Source of the DNA: Candidatus Iainarchaeum sp.
Lineage (GTDB): Archaea > Iainarchaeota > Iainarchaeia > Iainarchaeales > JACQJH01
Reading direction: 5' to 3'
Assembly: GCA_016205145.1 (NCBI GenBank)
Contig: JACQJH010000002.1
Location: 180,001 to 212,000, forward strand
DNA length: 32,000 nt
In this document: positions 9,595-18,062 of the stretch, one piece after another
Position numbering within the stretch: the stretch's first letter is position 1
Layout of the letters: each line of letters starts with the position of its first letter
The notes under the pieces: generated by a model
Databases searched by the model: none
What the model was told of the DNA's origin: nothing
The model's input: only the letters and a program-made list of their open reading frames with translations
Made by a program: the position numbers and the translations under genes

Positions 9595-9607
9595 GGACAA
9601 TTTGTCC
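9595..9607. promoter_or_regulatory. Perfect 6-1-6 palindrome GGACAATTTGTCC upstream of nadE (candidate operator)
   Basis: Read directly from the sequence. It lies 12 nt upstream of the TATA-like box in gene sense. It is near-identical to GGCCAATTTGGCC at 28763-28775. Confidence 0.4.
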
Positions 9608-9618
9608 TGAAAAGGCGC

Positions 9619-9639
9619 TTTTTGGCATTTTATTGGCCA
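9619..9639 (-). repeat. Motif TGGCCAATAAAATGCCAAAAA (contains the 12-mer TGGCCAATAAAA and the 16-mer shared with leuA upstream)
   Basis: Exact 12-mer copies also occur at 12221-12232 (-) and 28771-28782 (+). An exact 16-mer copy occurs at 5769-5784. Confidence 0.5.
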
Positions 9640-9664
9640 TAATGTATTCAAACCGGACAAAAAA

Positions 9665-10909
9665 TCATGCCCATTTCGCAAGTGCCGCGGCAAGCTCGCG
9701 GTGCGATTTCGCGTATTCCGCCGCCGGAACCTTTTCCATTGCCGCGTCGACCGCCTGCCTCAATGCCCTCGCGCCGGCAAACGTTCCATTCGGATGGCCG
9801 TGGATTCCGCCGCCGGTCTGGATGACAAAATCCCTGCCGAAAATTTCAAAAAGTTGCGGGACGTGGCCGGGATGCAGGCCGCCGGAAGCGACAGGCAGGG
9901 TCTGGTTCAGGCCATGCATCGGTTTCCTCAAAGCATCGCAGTGCGCCAAGACTTCATTGCGCGTTTCAGACATTTTTCCGACGGCAGTGCCGACGTGCAA
10001 CTGGTCGCCGCCCACAAGCCTGACAAGCCGCGCAAGGGAAAGCATTGCAATTCCATGCTTCGGATTGCGGTCGAACGCGGCATGCTGGGCGCGGTGGCAG
10101 TGGATTGCGCATTTCAGGTTGAGGTCACGCACGGTCTGGAATGCAGCCCAGCCCGCGGTCAGAAAGTCGACCATCACGTATTTTCCGCCGTGCTTTTCAA
10201 TGAATTCCGCGCGCTTCACCATTTCATTGGTTTCCGCCGTGATGTTCAGGAAAAAGGCCTTTTTTTCGCCGGTTTCCTTTTCGATTTTGTCACCCAGCTT
10301 GAGGCCCTCGTATGCGCGCTCGTAAAATGGGTTGAATTTCTGGTTTGAAAGGTTCTCGTCGTCCTTGAGGAAATCGCATCCGCCAAGCCACGCTTCGGCG
10401 CAAAAGCCGAGGTGGTCTTTCAGATTCAGGCCCAGCTTGGGCTTTATGACGGTTCCGATGAGCGGGCGCTTTTTGACCTTCATGAACCTGCGGATGCCTG
10501 CAATGCCGAACTTCGGGCCCTTGAACTGCTTAACCATTCCTTTCGGAAAATATATGTCCTCAAGCCGCAGGTTTTTCAGGCCGCCGAGGCCGAAAACATT
10601 GCCGGCAATCGAGCTTAAAATGTTCGGAACGCTGCCTGTCTCGAACAGTTCAGGAGGATATGCGATCTGGATCGTGTTTCCCTTTATGCTGTAAACCTTC
10701 GCCCCAAGGCGGTCCATGTAAGGCTTGACTGTTGTGAGCTTGGTCCAGGTGCCGGTCGAGGATTCAGCTGCGACCCCGCCGCAGGCTTCCCTGAAAGTGA
10801 GCTCGGACGGATGGTTTTCCACGCGAAAAGTGCAGACGAGTTCGGACGGCTTGGGCTTGTAGCCTTCGTGAATATAAGCGAGATACTGCGGTTGTGGCTT
10901 GTGCGACAT
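9665..10909 (-). CDS. rbcL: Ribulose-1,5-bisphosphate carboxylase/oxygenase large subunit, archaeal form III
   Basis: 414 aa from the ATG at 10909. Catalytic signature is intact: KPKLG, GGCDFLKDDENL (carbamylated Lys), HCHRAQHAA, QLHVGTAVGKM, VASGGLHPG and QTGGGIHGHPNG. A T6 tract follows the stop directly. Confidence 0.9.
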   Translation of the reverse strand: MSHKPQPQYLAYIHEGYKPKPSELVCTFRVENHPSELTFREACGGVAAESSTGTWTKLTTVKPYMDRLGAKVYSIKGNTIQIAYPPELFETGSVPNILSSIAGNVFGLGGLKNLRLEDIYFPKGMVKQFKGPKFGIAGIRRFMKVKKRPLIGTVIKPKLGLNLKDHLGFCAEAWLGGCDFLKDDENLSNQKFNPFYERAYEGLKLGDKIEKETGEKKAFFLNITAETNEMVKRAEFIEKHGGKYVMVDFLTAGWAAFQTVRDLNLKCAIHCHRAQHAAFDRNPKHGIAMLSLARLVRLVGGDQLHVGTAVGKMSETRNEVLAHCDALRKPMHGLNQTLPVASGGLHPGHVPQLFEIFGRDFVIQTGGGIHGHPNGTFAGARALRQAVDAAMEKVPAAEYAKSHRELAAALAKWA

Positions 10910-10928
10910 GGTAAAAGTTAGGATTTTC

Positions 10929-10940
10929 TTATTTAAATAA
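10929..10940. promoter_or_regulatory. Perfectly palindromic TATA-like box TTATTTAAATAA between divergent rbcL and cmk
   Basis: Its centre is ~26 nt from the rbcL ATG (10909), consistent with a leaderless transcript, and ~58 nt from the cmk GTG, which would leave a leader containing the GGTGG SD. Confidence 0.45.
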
Positions 10941-10992
10941 TTACTCCCCAATTAAATTAGTGCAAACAAAAAAATTGGCCGGTGGACAAAAC

Positions 10993-11610
10993 GTGATAAT
11001 AATAATTTCGGGTTTCGCGGGTTCGGGCAAAAGCACGCTCGCGGAAAAGCTTGCCTCGCACTTCAAGCTGAAATGCGTGCATGCCTCGGGCATACTCAAA
11101 CAGCTCAGGGAAAAAAGCATCGACGACATCCGTGCCGAAAAGGCGGAAAAAGGCACGGGCTTCTGGGAAGGCGCCGGCGGAGAAGGCATGATGAAAGCGC
11201 GCCAGGAAAACGGCGGCATGGACCGGCAGCTCGACAAGAAACTGCTGGAAATAATCGAAGCCGGGAACGTAGTGCTCGACTCGAAGACAATGGGCTACCT
11301 GAGCGGCAAGGGCATCAAGGTATGGCTCGATGCGAGCCTGGAAACGCGCGCGAAAAGGGTTGCGGAAAGGGACGGCCTGGACGCAAAGGCCGTGAAGGAA
11401 AAGCTTGCGAAGCGCGATGAAACCGACATCGCAATCTACAGGAAGCTTTACGGCTTCACTCTCGGCGAAGGCGTCAAGGAAAGGTTTGACATCGTCATCG
11501 ACACGCACTCGTTCGGAATAGACAAAACTTTTGAAACCGCGGCCGCGAAAATAGGAAAACTGGAAAAGCAGAAAAGCAAAAAAGGCGGAAAAAAACAATC
11601 CGCAAAATGA
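10993..11610 (+). CDS. cmk: Cytidylate kinase, archaeal type, with Lys-rich C-terminal tail
   Basis: The GTG at 10993 has GGTGG 7 nt upstream and gives MIIIISGFAGSGKST (P-loop). Also KVWLDASLETRAKRVAERDG and FDIVIDT, as in archaeal Cmk. The track start at 10960 is an upstream in-frame GTG. Confidence 0.7.
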   Translation: MIIIISGFAGSGKSTLAEKLASHFKLKCVHASGILKQLREKSIDDIRAEKAEKGTGFWEGAGGEGMMKARQENGGMDRQLDKKLLEIIEAGNVVLDSKTMGYLSGKGIKVWLDASLETRAKRVAERDGLDAKAVKEKLAKRDETDIAIYRKLYGFTLGEGVKERFDIVIDTHSFGIDKTFETAAAKIGKLEKQKSKKGGKKQSAK

Positions 11611-11710
11611 CGTCCTCCCTGTTCTAAGGGCAGAGTATCCTTGCCGATTACAAGCCATAGGAAGAACAAATCGGCCTAAAGGATTAGGTATCAAACCATG
11701 GAACTCACTC

Positions 11711-11740
11711 GGCCTATTGCAACAGCAATAGGCCTTAGTT
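11711..11740. terminator. 10-bp perfect hairpin (GGCCTATTGC-aaca-GCAATAGGCC) between convergent cmk and histone genes
   Basis: Read directly from the sequence. It is followed by ttagttt. A second 6-bp hairpin CGGCGG-acgaaa-CCGCCG lies at 11748-11765. Confidence 0.4.
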
Positions 11741-11772
11741 TCGTACCCGGCGGACGAAACCGCCGAATGATT

Positions 11773-11985
11773 TTATTTTGCCTGCTGTTTGAGCACCAGC
11801 CTTATGTCCTCGTCGGTTATGGTTTTCCTGTTCGCGTGCTTTGAAAACTGGCCGGCCTGCTGTGCGATTTTGATGCCGTACTCTTCCATTACTTCCGCAA
11901 GCTCTTTCACTGCGCTTTCCGATACCCTGCCAGCGCCGGACTTGCGGATTATCCTGTCAACCGCTGCAAGCGGCAATTCAGACAT
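11773..11985 (-). CDS. Archaeal histone (HMf family)
   Basis: 70 aa. LPLAAVDRIIRKSGAGRVSESAVKELAEVMEEYGIKIAQQA...HANRKTITDEDIRL is a single histone fold. GGAGGGTG lies 10 nt upstream. Confidence 0.9.
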   Translation of the reverse strand: MSELPLAAVDRIIRKSGAGRVSESAVKELAEVMEEYGIKIAQQAGQFSKHANRKTITDEDIRLVLKQQAK

Positions 11986-12220
11986 AAATAAAACACCCTC
12001 CGAAAAATAAAGGTATTACAGGACTTTTTAAGCCCAAAATATTAAAAAACAATGGTTTTTCCGCAAAAAAAGCCATTTTCGGGCTTTAAGGCGCAAGAAA
12101 TCGCAAAAGCCGGCATCTTAATGCAAAAAGCCGTGACGATTCCGGGACAGCGTTTTAACCGGCTTCGGAATTTCAAGGGAAAGCTGCCTCAATCATTGTT
12201 TTAAACCCGGTTTTGGAATC

Positions 12221-12232
12221 TTTTATTGGCCA
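12221..12232 (-). repeat. Copy of the TGGCCAATAAAA 12-mer in the histone/Hef divergent spacer
   Basis: Exact match to 9628-9639 (-) and 28771-28782 (+). The 13-mer ATGGCCAATAAAA is shared with the nadE copy. Confidence 0.5.
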
Positions 12233-12306
12233 TTCGGACGGCATTGATTGATTTTAAATGCTTCCCGGTTAATCGTCTTTGTGCATGAAAAAAAACTGGT
12301 GCAGTA

Positions 12307-14589
12307 ATGACAGAATTTTTCTCCCACCCGTGCCTGAAGGAAAACACCGTTGAAAAAAGGCTTTACCAGGAAGTCCTTGCGGCGCGGGTCCTTGAAAGGG
12401 GCAACAGCCTCGTCGTGGCGCCCACCGCGCTTGGAAAAACAATCATTTCCGCCTTGCTTGCCGCGGAATTGCTGCAAAAATCCCCGAAAAAAAAAATCCT
12501 CATAATGGCGCCGACAAAGCCTTTGGCCGTGCAGCACCAGAAGACACTGAAAAGATTTCTCGCGATTCCGGAAGAAAAAATTTCGCTTGTCACAGGCACG
12601 ACTCCTCCGGATGACAGGGCGAAAATCTGGGAAAACAGCTCAATCGTTTCCGCGACCCCCCAGACGATTGAAAACGACATTGTTACGGGAAGGATTTCCC
12701 TTGAAAACGTCTCGCTCGCGGTCTTCGACGAATGCCACCGCGCCGTAGGCGATTACAGCTATGTTTTCATCGGAAGCCAGTTCGCGAAAAAATGCCCAAC
12801 TGCCATCATCCTCGGCCTGACCGCTTCTCCCGGCTCGGAAGAGGAAAAAATCCAGGAAGTCTGTTCAAACCTCTCCATCAAAAACATTGAAATCAAGTCG
12901 CATTCCGACGAAGACGTGAAGGCTTACACGCACAAAATTGACGTGGAATGGCGCAGGGTCCAGCTGCCGGAAGAATTCCTTGAAATCCAGGGGCTTTTGA
13001 ACGGGTTCCAGGACGAACAGGTGCAGTTTCTCAGGAAAATCGGCTATGTCGGGAGGAAGTCTTTCCTGCGGAAAACCGAACTGCTTGAATTGCAGGCGCG
13101 CATCAGGCGCGACATAGCAAGGAAGGGAAATGAAATGCCCTATCTCTTCCAGGCCGCGTCCAAGGCGGCGGCAATCTTCAAGGTGAGCCACGCGCAAATC
13201 CTGCTTGAAACACAGGGCATTCCGTCGCTGAAAAAATATTTCGACAAGATTTTTGCGGACGCGGGCCAGAGCGGCTCGTCCAAGGCCGCGAAATACGTTG
13301 CCGGGCACAAGAGCATTGTGCGCGCAATGGCGATTGCGGAAGCGCTTGACGCGAAAGGCGTAATTCACCCGAAGCTCGGCGAGCTCAAAAAAATCCTGTT
13401 CGAACAGTTCTCGAAAAGCCCGGACAGCAGGGTCATAGTCTTCAACCAGTACAGGGACAACGTCAAAATGCTTGAAGGTGAAATCAACCGCGAAGGGATT
13501 GCAAAGGCGAGGCAGTTCATCGGCCAGGCGGACAAGGAAAGCGGCAAGGGCATGAGCCAGAAGGAACAGGTGCAGGCGATAAAAGAATTCGAGGCGGGAA
13601 CATTCAACGTCATGGTCGCAAGCTCGGTTGCAGAGGAAGGCCTTGACATACCATCCGTGGATTTGGTGGTTTTTTACGAGACAGTGCCATCCGAAATAAG
13701 GCACATCCAGAGAAGGGGAAGGACAGGAAGGCTGAGCGAAGGCAAGGCAATCATTCTAATGGCGAAGGGCACGCGCGATGAAGCATACTATTATTCAAGC
13801 ATGGCAAAGGAGCGCAGGATGAAGTCGACTCTGCACACCATGCAGCAAATCGAGGCGATTGCCCTTCCACAACAGCCGAAAACCGGGAAAATGGATTCGC
13901 AGACAACCCTCGGCAGTTTCGCGGAAACCAAAGGCGAAAAAATAAGGATTTTCGTCGACCAGCGCGAGCAGGCGTCAAACGTTTCAAAGGAACTCGTGGA
14001 AATGGGCTGTGTCATCACAATGAAACAGCTTGAAGTCGGGGATTTTCTCATAACGAACGACATCTGCGTCGAAAGGAAGACAATCGAGGACTTCATTTCC
14101 AGCCTGCTTGACGGAAGGCTGTTCATCCAATTGCAGAACATGGCTGAAAACTTTTCCCAGCCGCTAATGCTGGTGGAAGGGAACAAGGATGAACTTTTCA
14201 CTATACGCAACGTGCACCGCAACGCAATCATCGGAACCATGACATCCATAGCTCTCAACTACCGCATTCCCATACTCTTCACGAACGACGAGCACGAAAC
14301 CGCGGAATTCATTTTCGTCACCGCGAAAAGGGAACAGCTCGGAAAAGGCCACGACATCCGCCTGAGGATCGGCAGGAAAGGCCTGACCCTGCCGGAACAG
14401 CAGAGGTTTCTTGTCGAATCATTGCCCGGAATCGGCCCGAACACCGCAAGATTGCTGCTCAGACATTTCGGCTCAATCCGGCAGATCGCGAACGCTTCGG
14501 AAAAGGAACTGCAGCAGGCGGAAAACATCGGCGAAAAAAAGGCGAAGGCAATCAGAAAAGTGCTGGACGCGAATTTCGAGGAAAGATAA
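12307..14589 (+). CDS. hef: Hef: DEAH-type helicase fused to XPF/ERCC4 nuclease and a HhH2 domain
   Basis: 760 aa. Walker A APTALGKT, DECH box, SF2 motif VI QRRGRTGR, C-terminal GDF...VERKTIEDF (ERCC4 nuclease motif) and a terminal LPGIGPNTARLLL...IGEKKAKAI hairpin-helix pair. Confidence 0.9.
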   Translation: MTEFFSHPCLKENTVEKRLYQEVLAARVLERGNSLVVAPTALGKTIISALLAAELLQKSPKKKILIMAPTKPLAVQHQKTLKRFLAIPEEKISLVTGTTPPDDRAKIWENSSIVSATPQTIENDIVTGRISLENVSLAVFDECHRAVGDYSYVFIGSQFAKKCPTAIILGLTASPGSEEEKIQEVCSNLSIKNIEIKSHSDEDVKAYTHKIDVEWRRVQLPEEFLEIQGLLNGFQDEQVQFLRKIGYVGRKSFLRKTELLELQARIRRDIARKGNEMPYLFQAASKAAAIFKVSHAQILLETQGIPSLKKYFDKIFADAGQSGSSKAAKYVAGHKSIVRAMAIAEALDAKGVIHPKLGELKKILFEQFSKSPDSRVIVFNQYRDNVKMLEGEINREGIAKARQFIGQADKESGKGMSQKEQVQAIKEFEAGTFNVMVASSVAEEGLDIPSVDLVVFYETVPSEIRHIQRRGRTGRLSEGKAIILMAKGTRDEAYYYSSMAKERRMKSTLHTMQQIEAIALPQQPKTGKMDSQTTLGSFAETKGEKIRIFVDQREQASNVSKELVEMGCVITMKQLEVGDFLITNDICVERKTIEDFISSLLDGRLFIQLQNMAENFSQPLMLVEGNKDELFTIRNVHRNAIIGTMTSIALNYRIPILFTNDEHETAEFIFVTAKREQLGKGHDIRLRIGRKGLTLPEQQRFLVESLPGIGPNTARLLLRHFGSIRQIANASEKELQQAENIGEKKAKAIRKVLDANFEER

Positions 14590-14603
14590 AACGATAAAAG
14601 CCG

Positions 14604-16028
14604 TCATTTTGCAAATGCGAGAATTGCCGCGCCATCAGATGAAAAAACCCTGCTCACGTTCGCGCAATCCTCCGCTTCCAGAATGCCGTTCTTGAAAGCA
14701 TTGGAATTCAGCGCGCTTTTGTGCACGAAAAAATAGTTTGCGTTCCATTTGGAATATTCGGCGCGGATTTTTCCGCAGTCCGAAGTGCCGATTATCGCGT
14801 TCATCGAATCATTGCGCTCCTTCAGCCGCGGCGCGAACTCGAAATAACCGTCAATGACCACTGCGCGGCTGGCGAAATATGCCAGAGGATGGCCCCTGTC
14901 CCATGACCCGAAAATGTTCGCATCCTGGACCGTATTGCCGCCAATCCACTGCATTGCGCTTCTCTCGGAAAAGTCGGCAAAACGGCTCGTCTGCCACAGC
15001 AGGGAAACGGAAAATGCCAGCGCAAGGACAAGGAAAAGCATGGCGAAGATTTTCCTGTAAGGCAGGGTTTTCCGGAAAACAAAATCTATGCCGTATCCGG
15101 CAAGCATGGCAGCCGGAACAGCCGCGAAAATTGACAGCCTGTTCGAAAAGATTGCCACTGCAAACATCGACAAAAACCACGCCCTGAGAAAAACGCTGTT
15201 CCTGGCCTTGAAAAACAGCAGGCCGGGCAGGACAAAAAAAGCGGTTGTTGAAAAAAAGATTATGAAGTTGACGAACGACAGGTGCGCGGCCTCCGCGGAA
15301 TCAAGCGAAACCCTGGAAACATACATTGTGAGAAGGTAATGCTGTGAAAACAGCCATGCAAGGAAAACAAGCGCGGCCGGGAGAACGGCAAAGGCGGTTT
15401 GCCTGAACGAAAAGCCGGTTTGCCTGAAACGCGAAACAATGCAAAAGCAGGCCAGGGCAAAAAAACCTATGAACGCCGAAAGAGGGTGCAGCAGCGCCTG
15501 CGCAACTGCAAGCAGCATTGCAGGCCACGGCCGCCTGATGAACAGCAGGAAAATTATCGCCGGAACCACCAGCAGAGAGAGGCCGTCGGGCCTTGCATTC
15601 GAGCCTGTGCGGAGGACGTGGATTGAAAGGATTGACAGGGAAAGCGCGGCGAAGAAGGCGGTGCGCCCGCTTCCGAACAACCTGCGCGCGAAAACAAAAA
15701 CCAGGAGGATTCCGAACACGCCGTACAGGCTTGGCAGAAGCCGTATCAGATAGTAAAGCGGTATTCCGGACAAAACGGAAAACACCGCAAAAATGACGTG
15801 CTGGAGCGGCGCGTAAGAATAATAGCGGCCCTGCATTGACAGCGGATCAAAAGAAGGCACGTTGCCAGAATCAACAATGGACTGCGAATGCCTCAAGTGG
15901 AAATAGCCGTCAGGGTCGACAAACGAGTCGACTGCAAGCGGGGCAATGCGCACCACGAATGCAAGCAGAAGAACAGCAAGCAAAAGGGATTTCCATGACA
16001 AAAAGCCGTTCCTGGAAGTGGGGCGCAT
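14604..16028 (-). CDS. Polytopic membrane glycosyltransferase (GT-C), short AglB/STT3-like
   Basis: 474 aa with ~11-13 predicted TM segments. The first loop VDPDGYFHLR resembles the STT3/AglB DPxxYxHxR loop. C-terminal SWDRGHPLAYFASR resembles WWDYG(Y/H)P. The C-terminal soluble part is only ~95 aa. Its ATG abuts the upstream gene's stop. Confidence 0.55.
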   Translation of the reverse strand: MRPTSRNGFLSWKSLLLAVLLLAFVVRIAPLAVDSFVDPDGYFHLRHSQSIVDSGNVPSFDPLSMQGRYYSYAPLQHVIFAVFSVLSGIPLYYLIRLLPSLYGVFGILLVFVFARRLFGSGRTAFFAALSLSILSIHVLRTGSNARPDGLSLLVVPAIIFLLFIRRPWPAMLLAVAQALLHPLSAFIGFFALACFCIVSRFRQTGFSFRQTAFAVLPAALVFLAWLFSQHYLLTMYVSRVSLDSAEAAHLSFVNFIIFFSTTAFFVLPGLLFFKARNSVFLRAWFLSMFAVAIFSNRLSIFAAVPAAMLAGYGIDFVFRKTLPYRKIFAMLFLVLALAFSVSLLWQTSRFADFSERSAMQWIGGNTVQDANIFGSWDRGHPLAYFASRAVVIDGYFEFAPRLKERNDSMNAIIGTSDCGKIRAEYSKWNANYFFVHKSALNSNAFKNGILEAEDCANVSRVFSSDGAAILAFAK

Positions 16029-16571
16029 TCACAAACCCGCCATGGCAATGCGCTCTAAAACAAGCAGTTCGACCGCCTTGCCTTCAGGCATTCCGGAAAA
16101 GCCGGAAAGCTCTTTCGCGGAAACGGAATAAAAGTTTTTGGCGCCTTCAAGGCGCGCCTTTTCCGCAGGCAGGGATTTTTCAGAGGCGGCAAAACCGAAA
16201 TTTTTTGACAGGAACGACAGCGCAAGGCTTTCGTCACCCGCGTTTTTAAGGCACATTACCGCAACAACACTCTGCGCTCCGGAAGAAAATTTTATTCTTG
16301 AAACCGCGTCCGAGATCCTCGGCGTTCCGCAGAACCGGCCAAGGAAATCAAGCCCCATCTTTTTCGACGTTCCTGAACCAGAGGCAAAAGCCGAAACCGA
16401 CTGCTCCAGGGCGGAGAAAACCTGCCGCTCGGAAACGAAAATTTGCGCGGGCAAAACCTGGACAAAGCCCTTGCTTTCAGGAAAGCCGGAAAGCAGGGTA
16501 AGGTCTGCCTGCACGAAATCCGCTTTTCCGGGAACCGCCAGGCAGTGAAAACCGCGGCATTCGAGGGCCAT
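16029..16571 (-). CDS. Cgi121-like KEOPS subunit (tentative)
   Basis: 180 aa. It matches remembered archaeal Cgi121 in pattern (QVLPAQIFVSERQV..A..Q, LDFLGRFCGTPRISDAV, C-terminal AVELLVLERIAMAGL). No search was run. Confidence 0.45.
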   Translation of the reverse strand: MALECRGFHCLAVPGKADFVQADLTLLSGFPESKGFVQVLPAQIFVSERQVFSALEQSVSAFASGSGTSKKMGLDFLGRFCGTPRISDAVSRIKFSSGAQSVVAVMCLKNAGDESLALSFLSKNFGFAASEKSLPAEKARLEGAKNFYSVSAKELSGFSGMPEGKAVELLVLERIAMAGL

Positions 16572-16678
16572 GCAGGAAAGTAGGCTGAAAACAATTAAAA
16601 AAAGCTTTTTATTCTTTGCCGAACGGAGTGTTATATCTAAAATCCTGATTTTTTAGGAGATTGCAGGAGACCAAAAGC

Positions 16679-17080
16679 ATGACACAATGGCATTTGAAGT
16701 CAGAAAAGAAGTCCACCGGCGGAAGGCGCACGTCCAACCGCAGGAGCGACAAGATTCTCGCTTGGAAGGGCGGCGACTTCACGGCAACAACCGTTGACGC
16801 CGAAAAAGACGAGAGAAAAGTAAAGAGCGGCATTGGCAGCACAACCAAGGTCAAGCAGAAAAAGGCGAAAACCGCAAGCGTGATCGACAAGGCGACGAAA
16901 AAGGCGCTGAAGGCCGAAATCGTTTCAGTGGTGGAAAACGCGGCGAACAGGCACTATGTCAGGAGAAACACCATAACCAAAAACGCGGTAATAGTCGTCA
17001 AGATCAACGGCGAAGAGAGAAAGGCGCGCGTAACGTCAAGGCCGGGCCAAAGCGGCGAAGTGCAGGCAGTTCTGATATGA
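16679..17080 (+). CDS. rps8e: 30S ribosomal protein S8e
   Basis: MTQWHLKSEKKSTGGRR...VVENAANRHYVRRNTITKNA...ARVTSRPGQSGEVQAVLI. AGGAGA lies 8 nt upstream of the ATG at 16679; the track start at 16661 is TTG. Confidence 0.9.
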   Translation: MTQWHLKSEKKSTGGRRTSNRRSDKILAWKGGDFTATTVDAEKDERKVKSGIGSTTKVKQKKAKTASVIDKATKKALKAEIVSVVENAANRHYVRRNTITKNAVIVVKINGEERKARVTSRPGQSGEVQAVLI

Positions 17081-17229
17081 GGGGCAACCCGGCTTGCCCT
17101 GCAAAGTGGTCTGATTGAATCTTGCAGGCAAATAATAGGTTATTATGGCACGCGACCCCAAAAAGTATTAAATATGTCAGATGCGCTATAGAATAATTAG
17201 TGAATAGCAAATTTGGGAGGTGCGCATAA

Positions 17230-18060
17230 ATGAAAAATAGGTTAATTATAGGGCTATTTCTGGCATTAACGCTGCTCATGGCCACTGCACTGGCGGGCAA
17301 ACCAAACCTTACGCCTGCTCTGGCAAACGTCAATCCTTCTAAGGGCCAAGCAGAAGTCGTTATCCCAGAAAATGCCGTGGAGGTTGCTCCGGGCATTTTC
17401 AGCATTGGAACAGCGGTCAGCAATGGCAAAACAGTTGAAGGACTTGCATTTGTTGACTATGTGAAAGGCTTTGCAAGAGGCGGAAAGGGCGGCACGGGTG
17501 CAAGTTCCTGTTATGGCTTCCTTGCAAGAGGCGCAAAGTGGAAAACAGTAGAGCCATATGTAGTGAATCCGGACAACACTTCAGGCGTTGACACGGCACT
17601 TATTGCGACAAACCTTGCCGCAAATATCGCCAAATGGGAAACTGCAGCAGGGAAGGACATACTCGGAGAAGGAAGCGTAACAACGGAAACTCTTGCGGCT
17701 GATACCACGAGCCCGGATAACCAGAATGAAATGTACTTTGGCAGCATCAGCGAGCCTGGGGCAATAGCCGTCACAATAGTATGGGGCATATTCGGGGGAC
17801 CGCCACAGACAAGAGAGCTTGTGGAATGGGACCAAGTATATGACCAAGCGGACTATGCCTGGTCTGCAACAGGCGAAGCAGGAAAAATGGACTTTGAAAA
17901 CATCGCAACACACGAATTGGGCCACAGCGTAGGCTTGAGCGACCTCTATGAAAGCACGTGCGCTGAACAGACGATGTACGGCTATGCCGACTATGGCGAA
18001 ACCAAGAAAAGAACTCTTGAAGCAGGCGACATAAAAGGCATCCAAGAGTTATACAAATGA
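17230..18060 (+). CDS. Secreted zinc metalloprotease, metzincin (M7/M10-like)
   Basis: Signal peptide MKNRLIIGLFLALTLLMATALAG. HELGHSVGLSD (aa 228-238), a Met-turn TMYGY, and a C-terminal DIKGIQELY as in matrixins. GGGAGGTG lies 8 nt upstream. Confidence 0.85.
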   Translation: MKNRLIIGLFLALTLLMATALAGKPNLTPALANVNPSKGQAEVVIPENAVEVAPGIFSIGTAVSNGKTVEGLAFVDYVKGFARGGKGGTGASSCYGFLARGAKWKTVEPYVVNPDNTSGVDTALIATNLAANIAKWETAAGKDILGEGSVTTETLAADTTSPDNQNEMYFGSISEPGAIAVTIVWGIFGGPPQTRELVEWDQVYDQADYAWSATGEAGKMDFENIATHELGHSVGLSDLYESTCAEQTMYGYADYGETKKRTLEAGDIKGIQELYK

Positions 18061-18062
18061 GG

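Noticed and set aside
12052-12204. 50-aa basic ORF (MVFPQKKPFSGFKAQEIAKAGILMQKAV...) in the histone/Hef divergent spacer.
   Set aside because: Its ATG is immediately preceded by the A/T-rich histone promoter region, with no SD and no room for its own TATA box. The composition looks like translated A-rich spacer. It is kept only as a possibility to test alongside the 12221 motif.
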